Source of the DNA: an uncultured Gammaproteobacteria bacterium
Lineage (GTDB): Bacteria; Patescibacteriota; Patescibacteriia; Patescibacteriales; UBA12465
Direction: 5' to 3'
Length of the DNA stretch: 64,000 nucleotides
NCBI GenBank assembly: GCA_964509735.1
Contig: CAZDYJ010000002.1
Coordinates: 481 to 64,480 of the forward strand
Under the pieces are notes generated by a model. The model ran no database searches. It had not been told where the DNA came from and saw only the letters and a list, made by a program, of their open reading frames with translations. Shown here piece by piece: positions 35,236-45,169 of the stretch (position 1 is the first letter of the stretch; each line of letters starts with the position of its first letter). A program made the position numbers and the translations under genes.

Positions 35236-37938
35236 TTATAAACGACAATTACCCGATGAGTCTAATTCTGTTGTCGATTCTCCAAAACAACAAGAGCCGT
35301 CAACTTCAGAACAGCCAGGACCGATGCTTGGTTTGAAACAATTTTGATAAATATCTCTAACCCCGGAGCCTACTTGAGCATAAAAAGTCATTGATTCAGG
35401 AAGTGGAGTATGTCCAATAGTTGCAATTGTCATATCTGGTTCTCCGTCAAAAGGTTCAATATCTTTATTTTCGCTATTTATCCAATAACCAAAAGCGGCC
35501 GGAGCAGAACTTCTTAAGTTAATAAATTTATGATTATAAACATTACTACCCGCCCTTATATCGGTACTGCCGCTAATTAATGTGCTGTTTAGCATTAAAG
35601 TATTAAAATAAACATCAATTGGACTAGCTGGCTCTACCTCACTTGAGCCTTGTCCTGGTCCAATGTATGTTATTCTTGGTGGGTCTAAATTTATTTTATC
35701 GCTAACAAAAAATGACCATGAATAATTATCACCGTTTTCTATTGAAGGGTTATTTTCATTATAAAAACTAAGTGGACCTTGGGAACTGGTATTTCTATTT
35801 CCATCAAGAGAATTAGTTGCGGCGTCTATTATACCATCAAGATTAGCTATATTAGCTGACGGATAATTTTTTCCCTCTAAATTTTGACAAACATTATAAC
35901 CTAAAGGTACTGACGAGCATGAATTAAAGGGACTTAAAGCTGCACAGTCATTATTATTTGAGCAAGTTTTTAAATTTGCTGCCTGTAGCTCAACTTTTAA
36001 ATTACTGTTAGCCGGCAAACAATAAATTTTATCCCCACAAGCATTAACTCCACATTCCTCGTTAGATAAAAATTCTACAGTGCGATAACGATTAGAAACC
36101 ATGAAACGACCATTTACATAATCTCCCACGCAAATAGAATTATCACACTTAAAAGATTTACAATCGGAATTAGCGGAACATGATGATCCAGAAGGCAAGG
36201 AATCACTTCTAAAATTAACAACTCTTATAAAATTAGAGACTTCGTCAGCACTACCAGAAACGGTTAAAGGATTAATTGGTTCGTTAAAATTTATTTGAAT
36301 CGCAGAATTTCGAGGACGATCTGGTTTGTCTTTTACTTCACTTAAGTCTATTTTATTAAGCCCACCAGTAAATGGTTTTATGGATAAAGAGCTTGGATTA
36401 CTAGCACTTAAAACAATACTATTACCAGAAATTCCTGCCACTCTTGATTTTAATTTTATTAATGAGCCGTTAGAATTTTCCAATTCAATATCAGGATGAC
36501 CACTTAAAACTGCCTTGATATTAAAAGCTTGGCTTTCTAGGTTTGAAGGAGAAAGAGAATTACAGTTTTCCAAAACAGCAATATTATTATTCCCTGAAAC
36601 AGAAGAAAAAGTATAAACCATTGAGTTAACTCTTAAGGTATCGGCTAAACGCTCTGGTTTAATTTTTATTTCCCAAATATTTCCTGATTCACGAGTTTCA
36701 GTTTTAAATTTTAATTTATAATCGGCAAAGAACACTTCATTATTAGAATTGAAATCAGCAATTCCTAAGAGACTATTATTTAAACCATTAAATAGCTGAG
36801 CCTTGTTGGTATTGTCAGATGGAATAGATATTTTAAAAATGCTTATTTGCCCCGTATAATTATCAAAAGAAACTTCTGGGCCAGAAGGACTAATTGATAA
36901 AACTTCTGCTTTAGAATAAATTTCTGGGCAAGCATTTACTTTTATCTCAGCAATAGCTGAAACGGGAGAAACTGATTCTCCATAAAGATCTTTCTCGTTG
37001 TCCTGTCTAGGAACTATTTTATCTTGCAAAACAATTGGTGGTTCAAGATCTAAAACATTGCTAATTGTAAAAGTTACTTCTAAATAATTACTACTACAAG
37101 AACTAAACATTGAAACGCCGCCAGTTTTTTTTATTCTGTCAGTAAACCGAACGGAATAAGGGGTGTGCCCCGTGCTTGAACCCAAATAACTAAGTGGTGA
37201 TAGTACTAAAGTTTTTTTATCATTAGGAACAGAAACAAGCACATCACTGACATTAGAATTAACTGCTGGGCAAGAGCCGCCAGCACAAGCATCACCTAAA
37301 TCATTTTTAAATATTCTAATATTTTCTGGGTTTAACTTATTACAAGTATTGTTATCACAAGCACATGACAAACCAGCATCACTTATACAAACAGAGCTTA
37401 AATCAATTTCCTCTTTAAAAGTTATCATTATTGAAGTGTTTCGAGGAACGTCTTTTTGTCCGTCTTCAGGATAAATACTTTCAACCGAACAAGCTCCTAA
37501 GGCGCCAATCCCAGGATTATAAAAACCACTTGGAGTACTTTGCCATTGACTTGTTCCACCAGCGCCAGTTAAAGTATCTCTTACTCGATTGATGATAAAA
37601 GTTGTTATCCCCCAAGAAGCTAAAATAATTATTAAACCAATAACAGCATTTTTTAATATTTTCTTAGCTACTGATATTTTTTCTTCATTACCCCCTGAAG
37701 TCATCCATAAAAATCCAGCATAGATAACCAAAAGAACAGCTATAACGCCTAGGAAGCTTAGGGCTAATTGAATAAAGCGTCCAGCTACAACTCTTATGTC
37801 ATCAGTTGCAACTAGCGATCCATCGAGTCCCGACTCAACTTCAGTTAAACCAAAGTCTTGAGCAAAAGCAAAATTAACCAAGAAAAACAAGGTTAAAAAA
37901 CTAAAAGCCAAGACAAAGAATCTTATTTTTTTATTCAT
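35236..37938 (-). CDS. Surface protein: VirB2/TrbC-type pilin domain + Ig-like (Big_5) domains
   Basis: LSFLGVIAVLLVIYAGFLWMTSGGNEEKISVAKKILKNAVIGLIIILASW; VPRNTSIMITFKEEID; PRNSAIQINFNEPINP. Confidence 0.85.
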   Translation of the reverse strand: MNKKIRFFVLAFSFLTLFFLVNFAFAQDFGLTEVESGLDGSLVATDDIRVVAGRFIQLALSFLGVIAVLLVIYAGFLWMTSGGNEEKISVAKKILKNAVIGLIIILASWGITTFIINRVRDTLTGAGGTSQWQSTPSGFYNPGIGALGACSVESIYPEDGQKDVPRNTSIMITFKEEIDLSSVCISDAGLSCACDNNTCNKLNPENIRIFKNDLGDACAGGSCPAVNSNVSDVLVSVPNDKKTLVLSPLSYLGSSTGHTPYSVRFTDRIKKTGGVSMFSSCSSNYLEVTFTISNVLDLEPPIVLQDKIVPRQDNEKDLYGESVSPVSAIAEIKVNACPEIYSKAEVLSISPSGPEVSFDNYTGQISIFKISIPSDNTNKAQLFNGLNNSLLGIADFNSNNEVFFADYKLKFKTETRESGNIWEIKIKPERLADTLRVNSMVYTFSSVSGNNNIAVLENCNSLSPSNLESQAFNIKAVLSGHPDIELENSNGSLIKLKSRVAGISGNSIVLSASNPSSLSIKPFTGGLNKIDLSEVKDKPDRPRNSAIQINFNEPINPLTVSGSADEVSNFIRVVNFRSDSLPSGSSCSANSDCKSFKCDNSICVGDYVNGRFMVSNRYRTVEFLSNEECGVNACGDKIYCLPANSNLKVELQAANLKTCSNNNDCAALSPFNSCSSVPLGYNVCQNLEGKNYPSANIANLDGIIDAATNSLDGNRNTSSQGPLSFYNENNPSIENGDNYSWSFFVSDKINLDPPRITYIGPGQGSSEVEPASPIDVYFNTLMLNSTLISGSTDIRAGSNVYNHKFINLRSSAPAAFGYWINSENKDIEPFDGEPDMTIATIGHTPLPESMTFYAQVGSGVRDIYQNCFKPSIGPGCSEVDGSCCFGESTTELDSSGNCRL

Positions 37939-38043
37939 CCAAGTAAAATTAAAAATTTTTAAATTTACACCTTACGTGATATAATTTAACTACCTAAATA
38001 ATAACACAAATAAGAAAAAAATAAAAATAATATTTCCCTAAAA

Positions 38044-39513
38044 ATGACTATTGAGAGAATCATAAAAAAATTTCTAGAAAATCACCCCGAAGCTGACACA
38101 TCTGTTTTACAGAAAGCCTTTGAATATGCCAGAGACGCCCATAAAGAACAAGTTCGAAAAAGTGGCGAACCCTACATAACTCATCCTCTGCACACAGCTT
38201 ATTTATTAACAGAAATTAAAGCTGACTTATCAACCGTTGCTGCCGGACTTCTTCATGATGTGCCAGAGGACACTGAAAAAACAATCGAAGACGTTGAAAA
38301 AGAATTTGGTTCAGAAATAGCTGGTTTAGTAAAAGGCATTACTAAATTAGGAAAAATCAAATACCGCGGTATTGAAAGGTACAAAGAAAATCTAAAAAAA
38401 ATGTTTCTAGCCATGACTAGTGACTTGAGAGTTATTTTTATAAAATTTTGTGATCGCCTTAATAATTTAAGAACCATAGAAAGCTTGCCCGAGGAAAAGC
38501 AAAAACGCATTGCTCAAGAAACTTTAGAAATATTTGTGCCAGTTGCCGGTCTTTTAGGTATTAGTCGTCTTAAGTGGCAAATGGAAGATATTTGTTTTAA
38601 AATTCTTTATCCAGAAAAATTTCACGAGCTTGAATATGAGTACGAAGTTGAAAAAAAAGTTGAAAGAAATCAATTCTTTAGAAAGGTAAAAAGCATCTTA
38701 ACTCCTAAACTTGAGGAAGCAGAAATAGAATATGAGGTTGAAATGCGTTTTAAGCATTTATATAGTATTTATAAAAAAATGCAAGAAAAAAATCGTAAAT
38801 TCGATGAGATTTATGATGTTTTTGCTATGCGTATTATTGTGCCAAATGTTAATGATTGTTATAAAACTTTAGGAATAATCCACACTCTTTGGAAGCCAAA
38901 CCCAAGTAGATTTAAGGATTATATTGCTGTTCCAAAACCAAACGGCTACAAATCTCTTCATACCACAATTTACGGACCAGAAGGAAAAGCTACTGAATTT
39001 CAAATTAGAACCAAAGAAATGCATGAAGAAAGTATTTATGGCTTAGCTGCTCATTGGTACTACAAACACATGGACCATGGCGGTGAATATAATGCACCGG
39101 CCTGGGTAAAGGAAATAGTTGAAGTTCAAAAAGAAGTAACAAGCACCGATGAGTTGGTAAAAAAAGTAAAGCTTGATATTTTTCAAGACAGAATTTTTGT
39201 TTTTTCACCAAAAGGAGATGTTTTTGAATTGCCAGAAAAATCGACACCAATAGATTTCGCTTATGCGGTTCACTCAAATATTGGCAATAAAGCAGCTAGT
39301 GTTTTAATAAACGATAAATTAGGAAAACTTGACCAAGAACTTCGAAATGGTGACATGGTAAAAATAATAACCGAAAAAAATCGCGAACACCCCAATTCCG
39401 ATTGGTTAAAATTTGTAAAAACAAGAAGAGCTAAAGAAAGAATTAAACAATTCTCTAAAAAATCATCCCTTCTTAACATAAAAAGATTTATTCCAGGAAT
39501 GAAAGATAAATAA
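38044..39513 (+). CDS. relA: RelA/SpoT (p)ppGpp synthetase/hydrolase (HD + synthetase + TGS; no ACT domain)
   Basis: RKSGEPYITHP, LLHDVPED, KDYIAVPKPNGYKSLHT, EFQIRT, STPIDFAYAVHS. Confidence 0.93.
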   Translation: MTIERIIKKFLENHPEADTSVLQKAFEYARDAHKEQVRKSGEPYITHPLHTAYLLTEIKADLSTVAAGLLHDVPEDTEKTIEDVEKEFGSEIAGLVKGITKLGKIKYRGIERYKENLKKMFLAMTSDLRVIFIKFCDRLNNLRTIESLPEEKQKRIAQETLEIFVPVAGLLGISRLKWQMEDICFKILYPEKFHELEYEYEVEKKVERNQFFRKVKSILTPKLEEAEIEYEVEMRFKHLYSIYKKMQEKNRKFDEIYDVFAMRIIVPNVNDCYKTLGIIHTLWKPNPSRFKDYIAVPKPNGYKSLHTTIYGPEGKATEFQIRTKEMHEESIYGLAAHWYYKHMDHGGEYNAPAWVKEIVEVQKEVTSTDELVKKVKLDIFQDRIFVFSPKGDVFELPEKSTPIDFAYAVHSNIGNKAASVLINDKLGKLDQELRNGDMVKIITEKNREHPNSDWLKFVKTRRAKERIKQFSKKSSLLNIKRFIPGMKDK

Positions 39514-39548
39514 TAATTAGCCAAAAGTTTTTTATCTATTTAAAACAC

Positions 39549-39580
39549 AAAAACACCTTGTTTTAAAACAAGGTGTTTTT
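39549..39580. terminator. Perfect 32-bp palindrome, bidirectional terminator between relA and rpsU
   Basis: aaaaacaccttgtttt|aaaacaaggtgttttt. Confidence 0.8.
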
Positions 39581-39591
39581 AAGTAAAAATA

Positions 39592-39831
39592 CTATCTTCC
39601 AGCTCTCATAGTACCTTCAGGCAATTTACCAATTTTACGCAAAAATTCATTCTTCTTTTGAAGATCTAAGCCGATTAAAGCTTTTTTCTTCTGCGCTTGC
39701 TTGGTGGTTTTTGATTGAAGATGCTTTTTGGAGCGAGCTTTCTCGAGTCTCTTGCTATTTTTCAAACCACGTTTAAACTTACGCAAAAAACCTTCAAAAC
39801 TTTCTCCTGGTTTTCTTTTAAAATCCGCCAT
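39592..39831 (-). CDS. rpsU: 30S ribosomal protein bS21
   Basis: KRKPGESFEGFLRKFKR, small and very basic; AGGAGG upstream; overlaps the hisS end. Confidence 0.8.
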   Translation of the reverse strand: MADFKRKPGESFEGFLRKFKRGLKNSKRLEKARSKKHLQSKTTKQAQKKKALIGLDLQKKNEFLRKIGKLPEGTMRAGR

Positions 39832-41233
39832 ATAATCCCGCCTCCTTTCTAATATTAATTTTTTTCTCTACTATTTTATTCATTTTTAACAACCTTTCTT
39901 TTATTTTTTTATAAATTATCGTTTCTTGAGCACCAGAATCCATATCTCTTAACAAAACTGTACCGTCCATTATCTCTTTTTTACCTAATATTAAACTTGT
40001 TCTAGCTCTCATAGCTAAAGCGTCATCAAGTTGAATTTTTAAACTATCGGAAGTTAAAGACTGTCTAACCTTAAAACCAGCCTCTCGTAATTCTTCAAAA
40101 AGTTTAATTGATTTAATCTTAGCTTGATCGCCTAACTGAGCGATAAATATAATATCATCTTCTAATTTATTAATCAAGGCGTTTTTATCCTTTATTTTTG
40201 ATAGAATTCTTTCAAGTCCCAAGGCTAAGCCGATGGCCGGAGTTTCTGGACCACCAAAACCTTCAATAAATTTATCATAACGACCACCAGCCGCTAATGA
40301 ATTCTTGCCAGAAACATTCCCTTCTTCGTTAATTGGCCAAAACTCAAATACAGTATCATTGTAATAACTTAAACCACGGACTAAATATGGATTAAAGTTA
40401 TAATTAACCCCTATTTCATCTAATGTTTCTAATATTTTAGTAAAATATTCCCTGCTTTCAGAAGAAAGAAAATCGGCTATTTGAGGAGCTTCTTCTCTTA
40501 GTTTAACACATTCTTCTTCTTTGCAGTCTAACATTGCTAAACAATTTTTACTTAAAGCATTTTTACAACAAGTACAAAGCTTGGTTTTCTTGCCTCTTTC
40601 TTTAAAAAAAGCAGCTAATTTAGAAGCATATTCCTTACGACAGAGTTGATCTCCTAAGCTATTAATTTGAATTTGAACATTAATTCCTAAATCTTTTAAA
40701 AAATTAACAATTGAAGTTAGAAATAAAGCTTCAGAAATAGCCTTCTTTTCTCCAATTATTTCAAAATTGGCTTGTGTAAATTCTCGATAATGACCTGATT
40801 GAAGTTTTTCTTTTCTAAAAACTGGTCCCATGGAAAAAAGTCTTTGTGGTAGACCACTTTCAATTAAATTATTTTCTATAAAAGCCCTAACTATTCCTTG
40901 GGTCATTTCTGGTCTTAAAACCTGTTTTTCACCTTTATCACCATCTACGAAAAAAAAGTCTTTATCATTATTGCTTCTATTTGATTTTTTAAATAAGTCA
41001 AAATTTTCAATCACAGGAACCTTTATCTCTTTAAAGCTGTATAAATTAGCAAATTCACTTATTTTAGCGGATATTAAGCCAAAAATAAGACCCTCTTGTC
41101 CACAAAAATCTTTTACCCCCATCACGCGAGATGGAATTTTTTCTGACTTTGAACTTCTTTTTTCTGCTTTCTTTTCGGGCTTAGAAGTTTGTTTATTTAT
41201 TTTAGCAATTTTTTCTTTTTTTTGTTTAGGCAT
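39818..41233 (-). CDS. hisS: Histidyl-tRNA synthetase
   Basis: LRPEMT, motif 2 FRKE..Q.G.YREFTQ, LVRGLSYY, GGRYD, GLALGLER, anticodon-binding domain. Confidence 0.9.
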   Translation of the reverse strand: MPKQKKEKIAKINKQTSKPEKKAEKRSSKSEKIPSRVMGVKDFCGQEGLIFGLISAKISEFANLYSFKEIKVPVIENFDLFKKSNRSNNDKDFFFVDGDKGEKQVLRPEMTQGIVRAFIENNLIESGLPQRLFSMGPVFRKEKLQSGHYREFTQANFEIIGEKKAISEALFLTSIVNFLKDLGINVQIQINSLGDQLCRKEYASKLAAFFKERGKKTKLCTCCKNALSKNCLAMLDCKEEECVKLREEAPQIADFLSSESREYFTKILETLDEIGVNYNFNPYLVRGLSYYNDTVFEFWPINEEGNVSGKNSLAAGGRYDKFIEGFGGPETPAIGLALGLERILSKIKDKNALINKLEDDIIFIAQLGDQAKIKSIKLFEELREAGFKVRQSLTSDSLKIQLDDALAMRARTSLILGKKEIMDGTVLLRDMDSGAQETIIYKKIKERLLKMNKIVEKKINIRKEAGLYGGF

Positions 41234-41241
41234 ATTTTTTA

Positions 41242-41808
41242 TTATTCATAAATTGGCCAATAATTGTTATCAAAAAAAGTTACTCGAGACAAAGGCCAAC
41301 CTCGAAAAAGTACCTTTCCGGTTATAAAATTTTTATTTACAGAACCAAAGCTTCTTGAATCCTTAGACGCACCCCTATTATCCCCTAAAACAAAATATTC
41401 ATCCGGTCCAACTATTATTCTCTCAGTATTATCATTATAATTTCTTAAAGATTCATCTAAATAATCTTCAGATAAAATCATACCATCAGGATTTTCGCTG
41501 TTAAATATAGTAATTTTTCCATCTCTAATTTGCAATTCTTCTCCGGGAAGAGCAATAACTCTTTTAATAAAGTATTCTTGAGGATTTCTGGGATAACGGA
41601 AAACTATAACCTGACCTCTTACAGGAGGATTGAAGCGAAAAGACAATTCATCTATTATTAAATATTCATTATCATGAAAATTAGGCTCCATGGATGCCCC
41701 TTTTACATAAAAAGGTTGAATAAGGTAATAGCGAACCGGAATAATAATGGCTGCTGAAATAGCCGCCACCTTAACTATCTCCCAAACAAAAAGTAAAAAC
41801 TTTTTCAT
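41242..41808 (-). CDS. lepB: Signal peptidase I
   Basis: GASMEPNF, FIKRVIALPGE, FVLGDNRGASKDSR. Confidence 0.96.
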   Translation of the reverse strand: MKKFLLFVWEIVKVAAISAAIIIPVRYYLIQPFYVKGASMEPNFHDNEYLIIDELSFRFNPPVRGQVIVFRYPRNPQEYFIKRVIALPGEELQIRDGKITIFNSENPDGMILSEDYLDESLRNYNDNTERIIVGPDEYFVLGDNRGASKDSRSFGSVNKNFITGKVLFRGWPLSRVTFFDNNYWPIYE

Positions 41809-41913
41809 ATTTTATGAAAAATTAATGAAAAATTAATAAAATTTTATTAAAAATTCAATTCAAAGTATAACAGAAAAATTAAATAAAATCAAATCGCCTT
41901 TATTGGCTTATAT

Positions 41914-43005
41914 TTAACAAATAAACATAGCATCGCCATAACTAAAAAACCTATACCTCTCTTTTATTGCCTCCTGATAGGCTTTTTTTATCTTTTTTTC
42001 GCCCGCTAAAGCACTAACTAAAAGAAGAAGGGTTGATTTAGGCAAATGAAAATTAGTAATTAAAGCTTCTGTAAAAGTAAATTTAAAACCAGGATAAATA
42101 AAAATATCCGTCCAAAAAGAAAAATCTTTATTGTTTTTTAAATCGAGATGATTATTTTTTATTTTTTGAGCCAGAGACTCAATTGCCCGACAAGCTGTTG
42201 TGCCAACAGCTATAATACGTTTATTTTCTTTTTTTGCTTGTAAAATTTTATCTAAATTATTTTTTTCGATACTTACAAATTCTTTATGCATTTTATGACT
42301 TAGCATATTTTCCTCTCGAACAGGGGCAAATGTTCCCAGTCCAACATGCAAAGTAACATAAGAAATATTAATTCCTTTTTTTTCAATTTTTTTAAGCAAA
42401 TCTTTACTAAAATGGAGACCAGCCGTGGGAGCGGCAACCGATCCACTCTTTTTTCTTGAAGCAAAAACTGTTTGATAATTTTTTTTATCAGACATATTCA
42501 TTTCGCGACCTCTCTTAATATAAGGTGGCAAAGGAACCTGACCTATTTCATCAATAATTTTTAACAATTCCTTTCCTTTCTTATTAAATTCCACAAAATA
42601 AAGACCATCCTCTTTCTTTTCTAAAATTTCTGCCTCTAAACCGCTAGAAAAATCGATTTTTAAGCCAATTTTAACCCGACCACGAATCATCACTTCCCAT
42701 ATTTCCCCTTTTTTATTCTGATTATTTTTGATTTGATGTAAAAAAACATCTAGTAGTCCGCCGCTTAATTTCTTTTGACCAATTAATTTAGCCGGGATAA
42801 CGTAAGAGTTGTTTAAAACCAAAAGATCTCCTGGTTTTAAGTAATTTATTATATCAGAAAAATTAAGATGATTAATTAATGAATTATTTTTTTGCAAAAT
42901 TAACAGTCGGCAGGTCTCCCTTTTGGCAACAGGATTTTGAGCAATTAATTCTTTCGGCAAATCATAATCAAAATCGGAAGACAATATACTTTTAACTTTT
43001 TTCAT
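41914..43005 (-). CDS. queA: S-adenosylmethionine:tRNA ribosyltransferase-isomerase
   Basis: FDYDLPKELIAQ, PLPPYI, GSVAAPTAGLHF, TLHVGLGTF, TNFHLPKSTL, YRFFSYGDAM. Confidence 0.97.
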   Translation of the reverse strand: MKKVKSILSSDFDYDLPKELIAQNPVAKRETCRLLILQKNNSLINHLNFSDIINYLKPGDLLVLNNSYVIPAKLIGQKKLSGGLLDVFLHQIKNNQNKKGEIWEVMIRGRVKIGLKIDFSSGLEAEILEKKEDGLYFVEFNKKGKELLKIIDEIGQVPLPPYIKRGREMNMSDKKNYQTVFASRKKSGSVAAPTAGLHFSKDLLKKIEKKGINISYVTLHVGLGTFAPVREENMLSHKMHKEFVSIEKNNLDKILQAKKENKRIIAVGTTACRAIESLAQKIKNNHLDLKNNKDFSFWTDIFIYPGFKFTFTEALITNFHLPKSTLLLLVSALAGEKKIKKAYQEAIKERYRFFSYGDAMFIC

Positions 43006-43011
43006 AAAAAA

Positions 43012-45120
43012 CTAAAGAGGTAGGGAAAGATAAAAAATAGAACCACTATTTTTTCCTCTTTCAAACCACAAAACCCCGTTATGAGCTTCGATTATTTTTC
43101 TCGCAATAAAAAGATTTAAACCAAAACCTTCAGGGGATAAAGAAAAAGCCTGCTTACCTCTAAAAAATTTCTTAGCAATATTATTAAGACTTTCATCTTC
43201 TATGCCCATACCCTTATCTTTGACTGAAAAAACTAAATTTTCCTTACCTGATAAATATTTTTTTTCAATATTTAATTCTATTTCTCCTTCTTCAAAAGAG
43301 TACTTAACAGCGTTTGAAAAAATTATATGCAAAGCTTTTATTATTTTTTCTTTATCAACTTCAAATATAAAATTTTCATCAAAAATATCTTTTTTAATTT
43401 TTAATTTTTTATCTCTAATATTTTTTTCTTCTAATAAAAATACTGGCTCGGTTATTTCGTCAAAAAAGACTTTACTTTTTTTTAAAGAAAATCCAGTATT
43501 TTCCATTTCTAAAACCAGTAAAAGTTGATCTAAATAACTATCAATAGTTAAAACTCCCTGATAAGCTTCTTTAAGAGAATTGTCTTTATCTTTTTTATTT
43601 AAACTGTTATCACGGCAAAGTTCTAAATTAAAACGAATAGATGAAAGAGGGGTTCTGAATTGATGAGAAATTACAGAAATTAAACGAGACTTTTCTTTGT
43701 CTACTTTTTTTAAAGACTCATAAATAGAGTTATTATTAATAAGTAAGCTAATTTGCCAAATAACATGTTTAATTAAAGTAAAATCTTCTTGTTTAAAATA
43801 ATCATTGGAAAGCTTATTGGTAAAAGCATAAAATCCCAACAAACGATCTTCAAACATTATAGGTGATAACAAAGATATCCCAGATTTTTCCATTTCTAAA
43901 ATAATTTTTTCTCGAGAAATCATTTTTTCATCAATAGTTCCAAAATCGGCCAAAAGTTCGTCTTTATCTAAAATCTCCTTAGGATAATGTTCAAAATATT
44001 GAACAAATAAAGACTTTTTATCAATCTTATTAATTAAAACACCCTCTCCACCAAAATGATATTTAAGAAATTCTCCTTGATCGCTTATAATAAATACGGC
44101 ACTTCCAGACACTTTTAACATATCCGAAACAATAGATTCAATGGCGGTTAAAGATTTTTTCAAATCAAGACCAGATGATCTTATTTCGTGATTAATATCT
44201 GAGGCAATTTCAGAAAAGCGGTATTTTTTTTGAAACAATATTTTATCACTTAAGTCAGCAATCGCTTCTTTTATTCTTTCAAAGGCGATTACAATCATAA
44301 TTGAAGGAATTATGTAAAGCCATGGCTCTCTCATTCCTAATAAATGTGACATTAGATAACTAAGTGAAGCGTAGACACCAATAACAACAACTAATAGAAA
44401 TGAAAATACGGCACTCAAACGCAAAACATAACGAACGTCTAATAATCTATATTTTATAATAGCGTAAAAAATACAAACAAAAAGAATAACCGGGCTAAAA
44501 TTCATTAAACGAAAAATAAAAAGAGGAACCTGGTTTTGCATGGATAAATTAAAAACCGCTAATAAAGAAAAAGTTAAAAATCCAATTAAAACATATTTTA
44601 TTTGCATTCTCCCAACACCGCTTTCCTTTTTATATTGAATAAACTGATTAATAATTCCACTAAAAACATTAGCAATTAAAATAAAAGAATAAATTGGAAA
44701 AATTACCCCTTCCGAGAAAAAAACTCCACTTTTTCCTATACCCACATTATAAATAAGTAAATCACTGAAAGAAAAAAATGAGACAATAAAAGTTGGCAAA
44801 AAAAACAAAGGAATAAGCTTATTGAATTTCTTATTTTCTTTAGGAAAGTTAAAAAGAAAAACAAAAGACAAAAAGACAACAAAAGCTCCAATCAAGAAAT
44901 CCAGTCTTAAAAGGACATTGGCAAGTAATATTGAGGAAACTAAATTTTCCAAAAAACTAATCATTATCCAAACCGCTCCCGAAGTAGAAAAAAGAAAAAA
45001 AGAAACATTGGTTATATTTTTCTTTTTCTTTAAAACCAAATAACCCAACAAGATAAGCAAAATTGAAATCGTTGAAGCTATAATAATAAACAAATTTATC
45101 ATATTTTTATTTTTTTTCAT
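43012..45120 (-). CDS. Membrane sensor histidine kinase with N-terminal 7TM region (HisKA_7TM-like) and GAF-like domain
   Basis: About 9 hydrophobic helices; SHQFRTPL (H box), SNAVKYS, DKGMGI, KFFRG, GFGLNL. True start may be 45102. Confidence 0.9.
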   Translation of the reverse strand: MKKNKNMINLFIIIASTISILLILLGYLVLKKKKNITNVSFFLFSTSGAVWIMISFLENLVSSILLANVLLRLDFLIGAFVVFLSFVFLFNFPKENKKFNKLIPLFFLPTFIVSFFSFSDLLIYNVGIGKSGVFFSEGVIFPIYSFILIANVFSGIINQFIQYKKESGVGRMQIKYVLIGFLTFSLLAVFNLSMQNQVPLFIFRLMNFSPVILFVCIFYAIIKYRLLDVRYVLRLSAVFSFLLVVVIGVYASLSYLMSHLLGMREPWLYIIPSIMIVIAFERIKEAIADLSDKILFQKKYRFSEIASDINHEIRSSGLDLKKSLTAIESIVSDMLKVSGSAVFIISDQGEFLKYHFGGEGVLINKIDKKSLFVQYFEHYPKEILDKDELLADFGTIDEKMISREKIILEMEKSGISLLSPIMFEDRLLGFYAFTNKLSNDYFKQEDFTLIKHVIWQISLLINNNSIYESLKKVDKEKSRLISVISHQFRTPLSSIRFNLELCRDNSLNKKDKDNSLKEAYQGVLTIDSYLDQLLLVLEMENTGFSLKKSKVFFDEITEPVFLLEEKNIRDKKLKIKKDIFDENFIFEVDKEKIIKALHIIFSNAVKYSFEEGEIELNIEKKYLSGKENLVFSVKDKGMGIEDESLNNIAKKFFRGKQAFSLSPEGFGLNLFIARKIIEAHNGVLWFERGKNSGSIFYLSLPL

Positions 45121-45130
45121 TATAACATAA

Positions 45131-45157
45131 AAAAGCCCGCTTTTAAAACGGGCTTTT
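45131..45157 (-). terminator. Intrinsic terminator after the radical SAM gene
   Basis: aaaagcccg-N9-cgggctttt. Confidence 0.75.
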
Positions 45158-45169
45158 AGCTAAACAAAA

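Noticed and set aside
39818-41233. hisS as an inactive HisZ-like paralogue
   Set aside because: Some substitutions are present, but RGLxYY, GGRYD, motif 2/3 arginines and the anticodon domain are retained.
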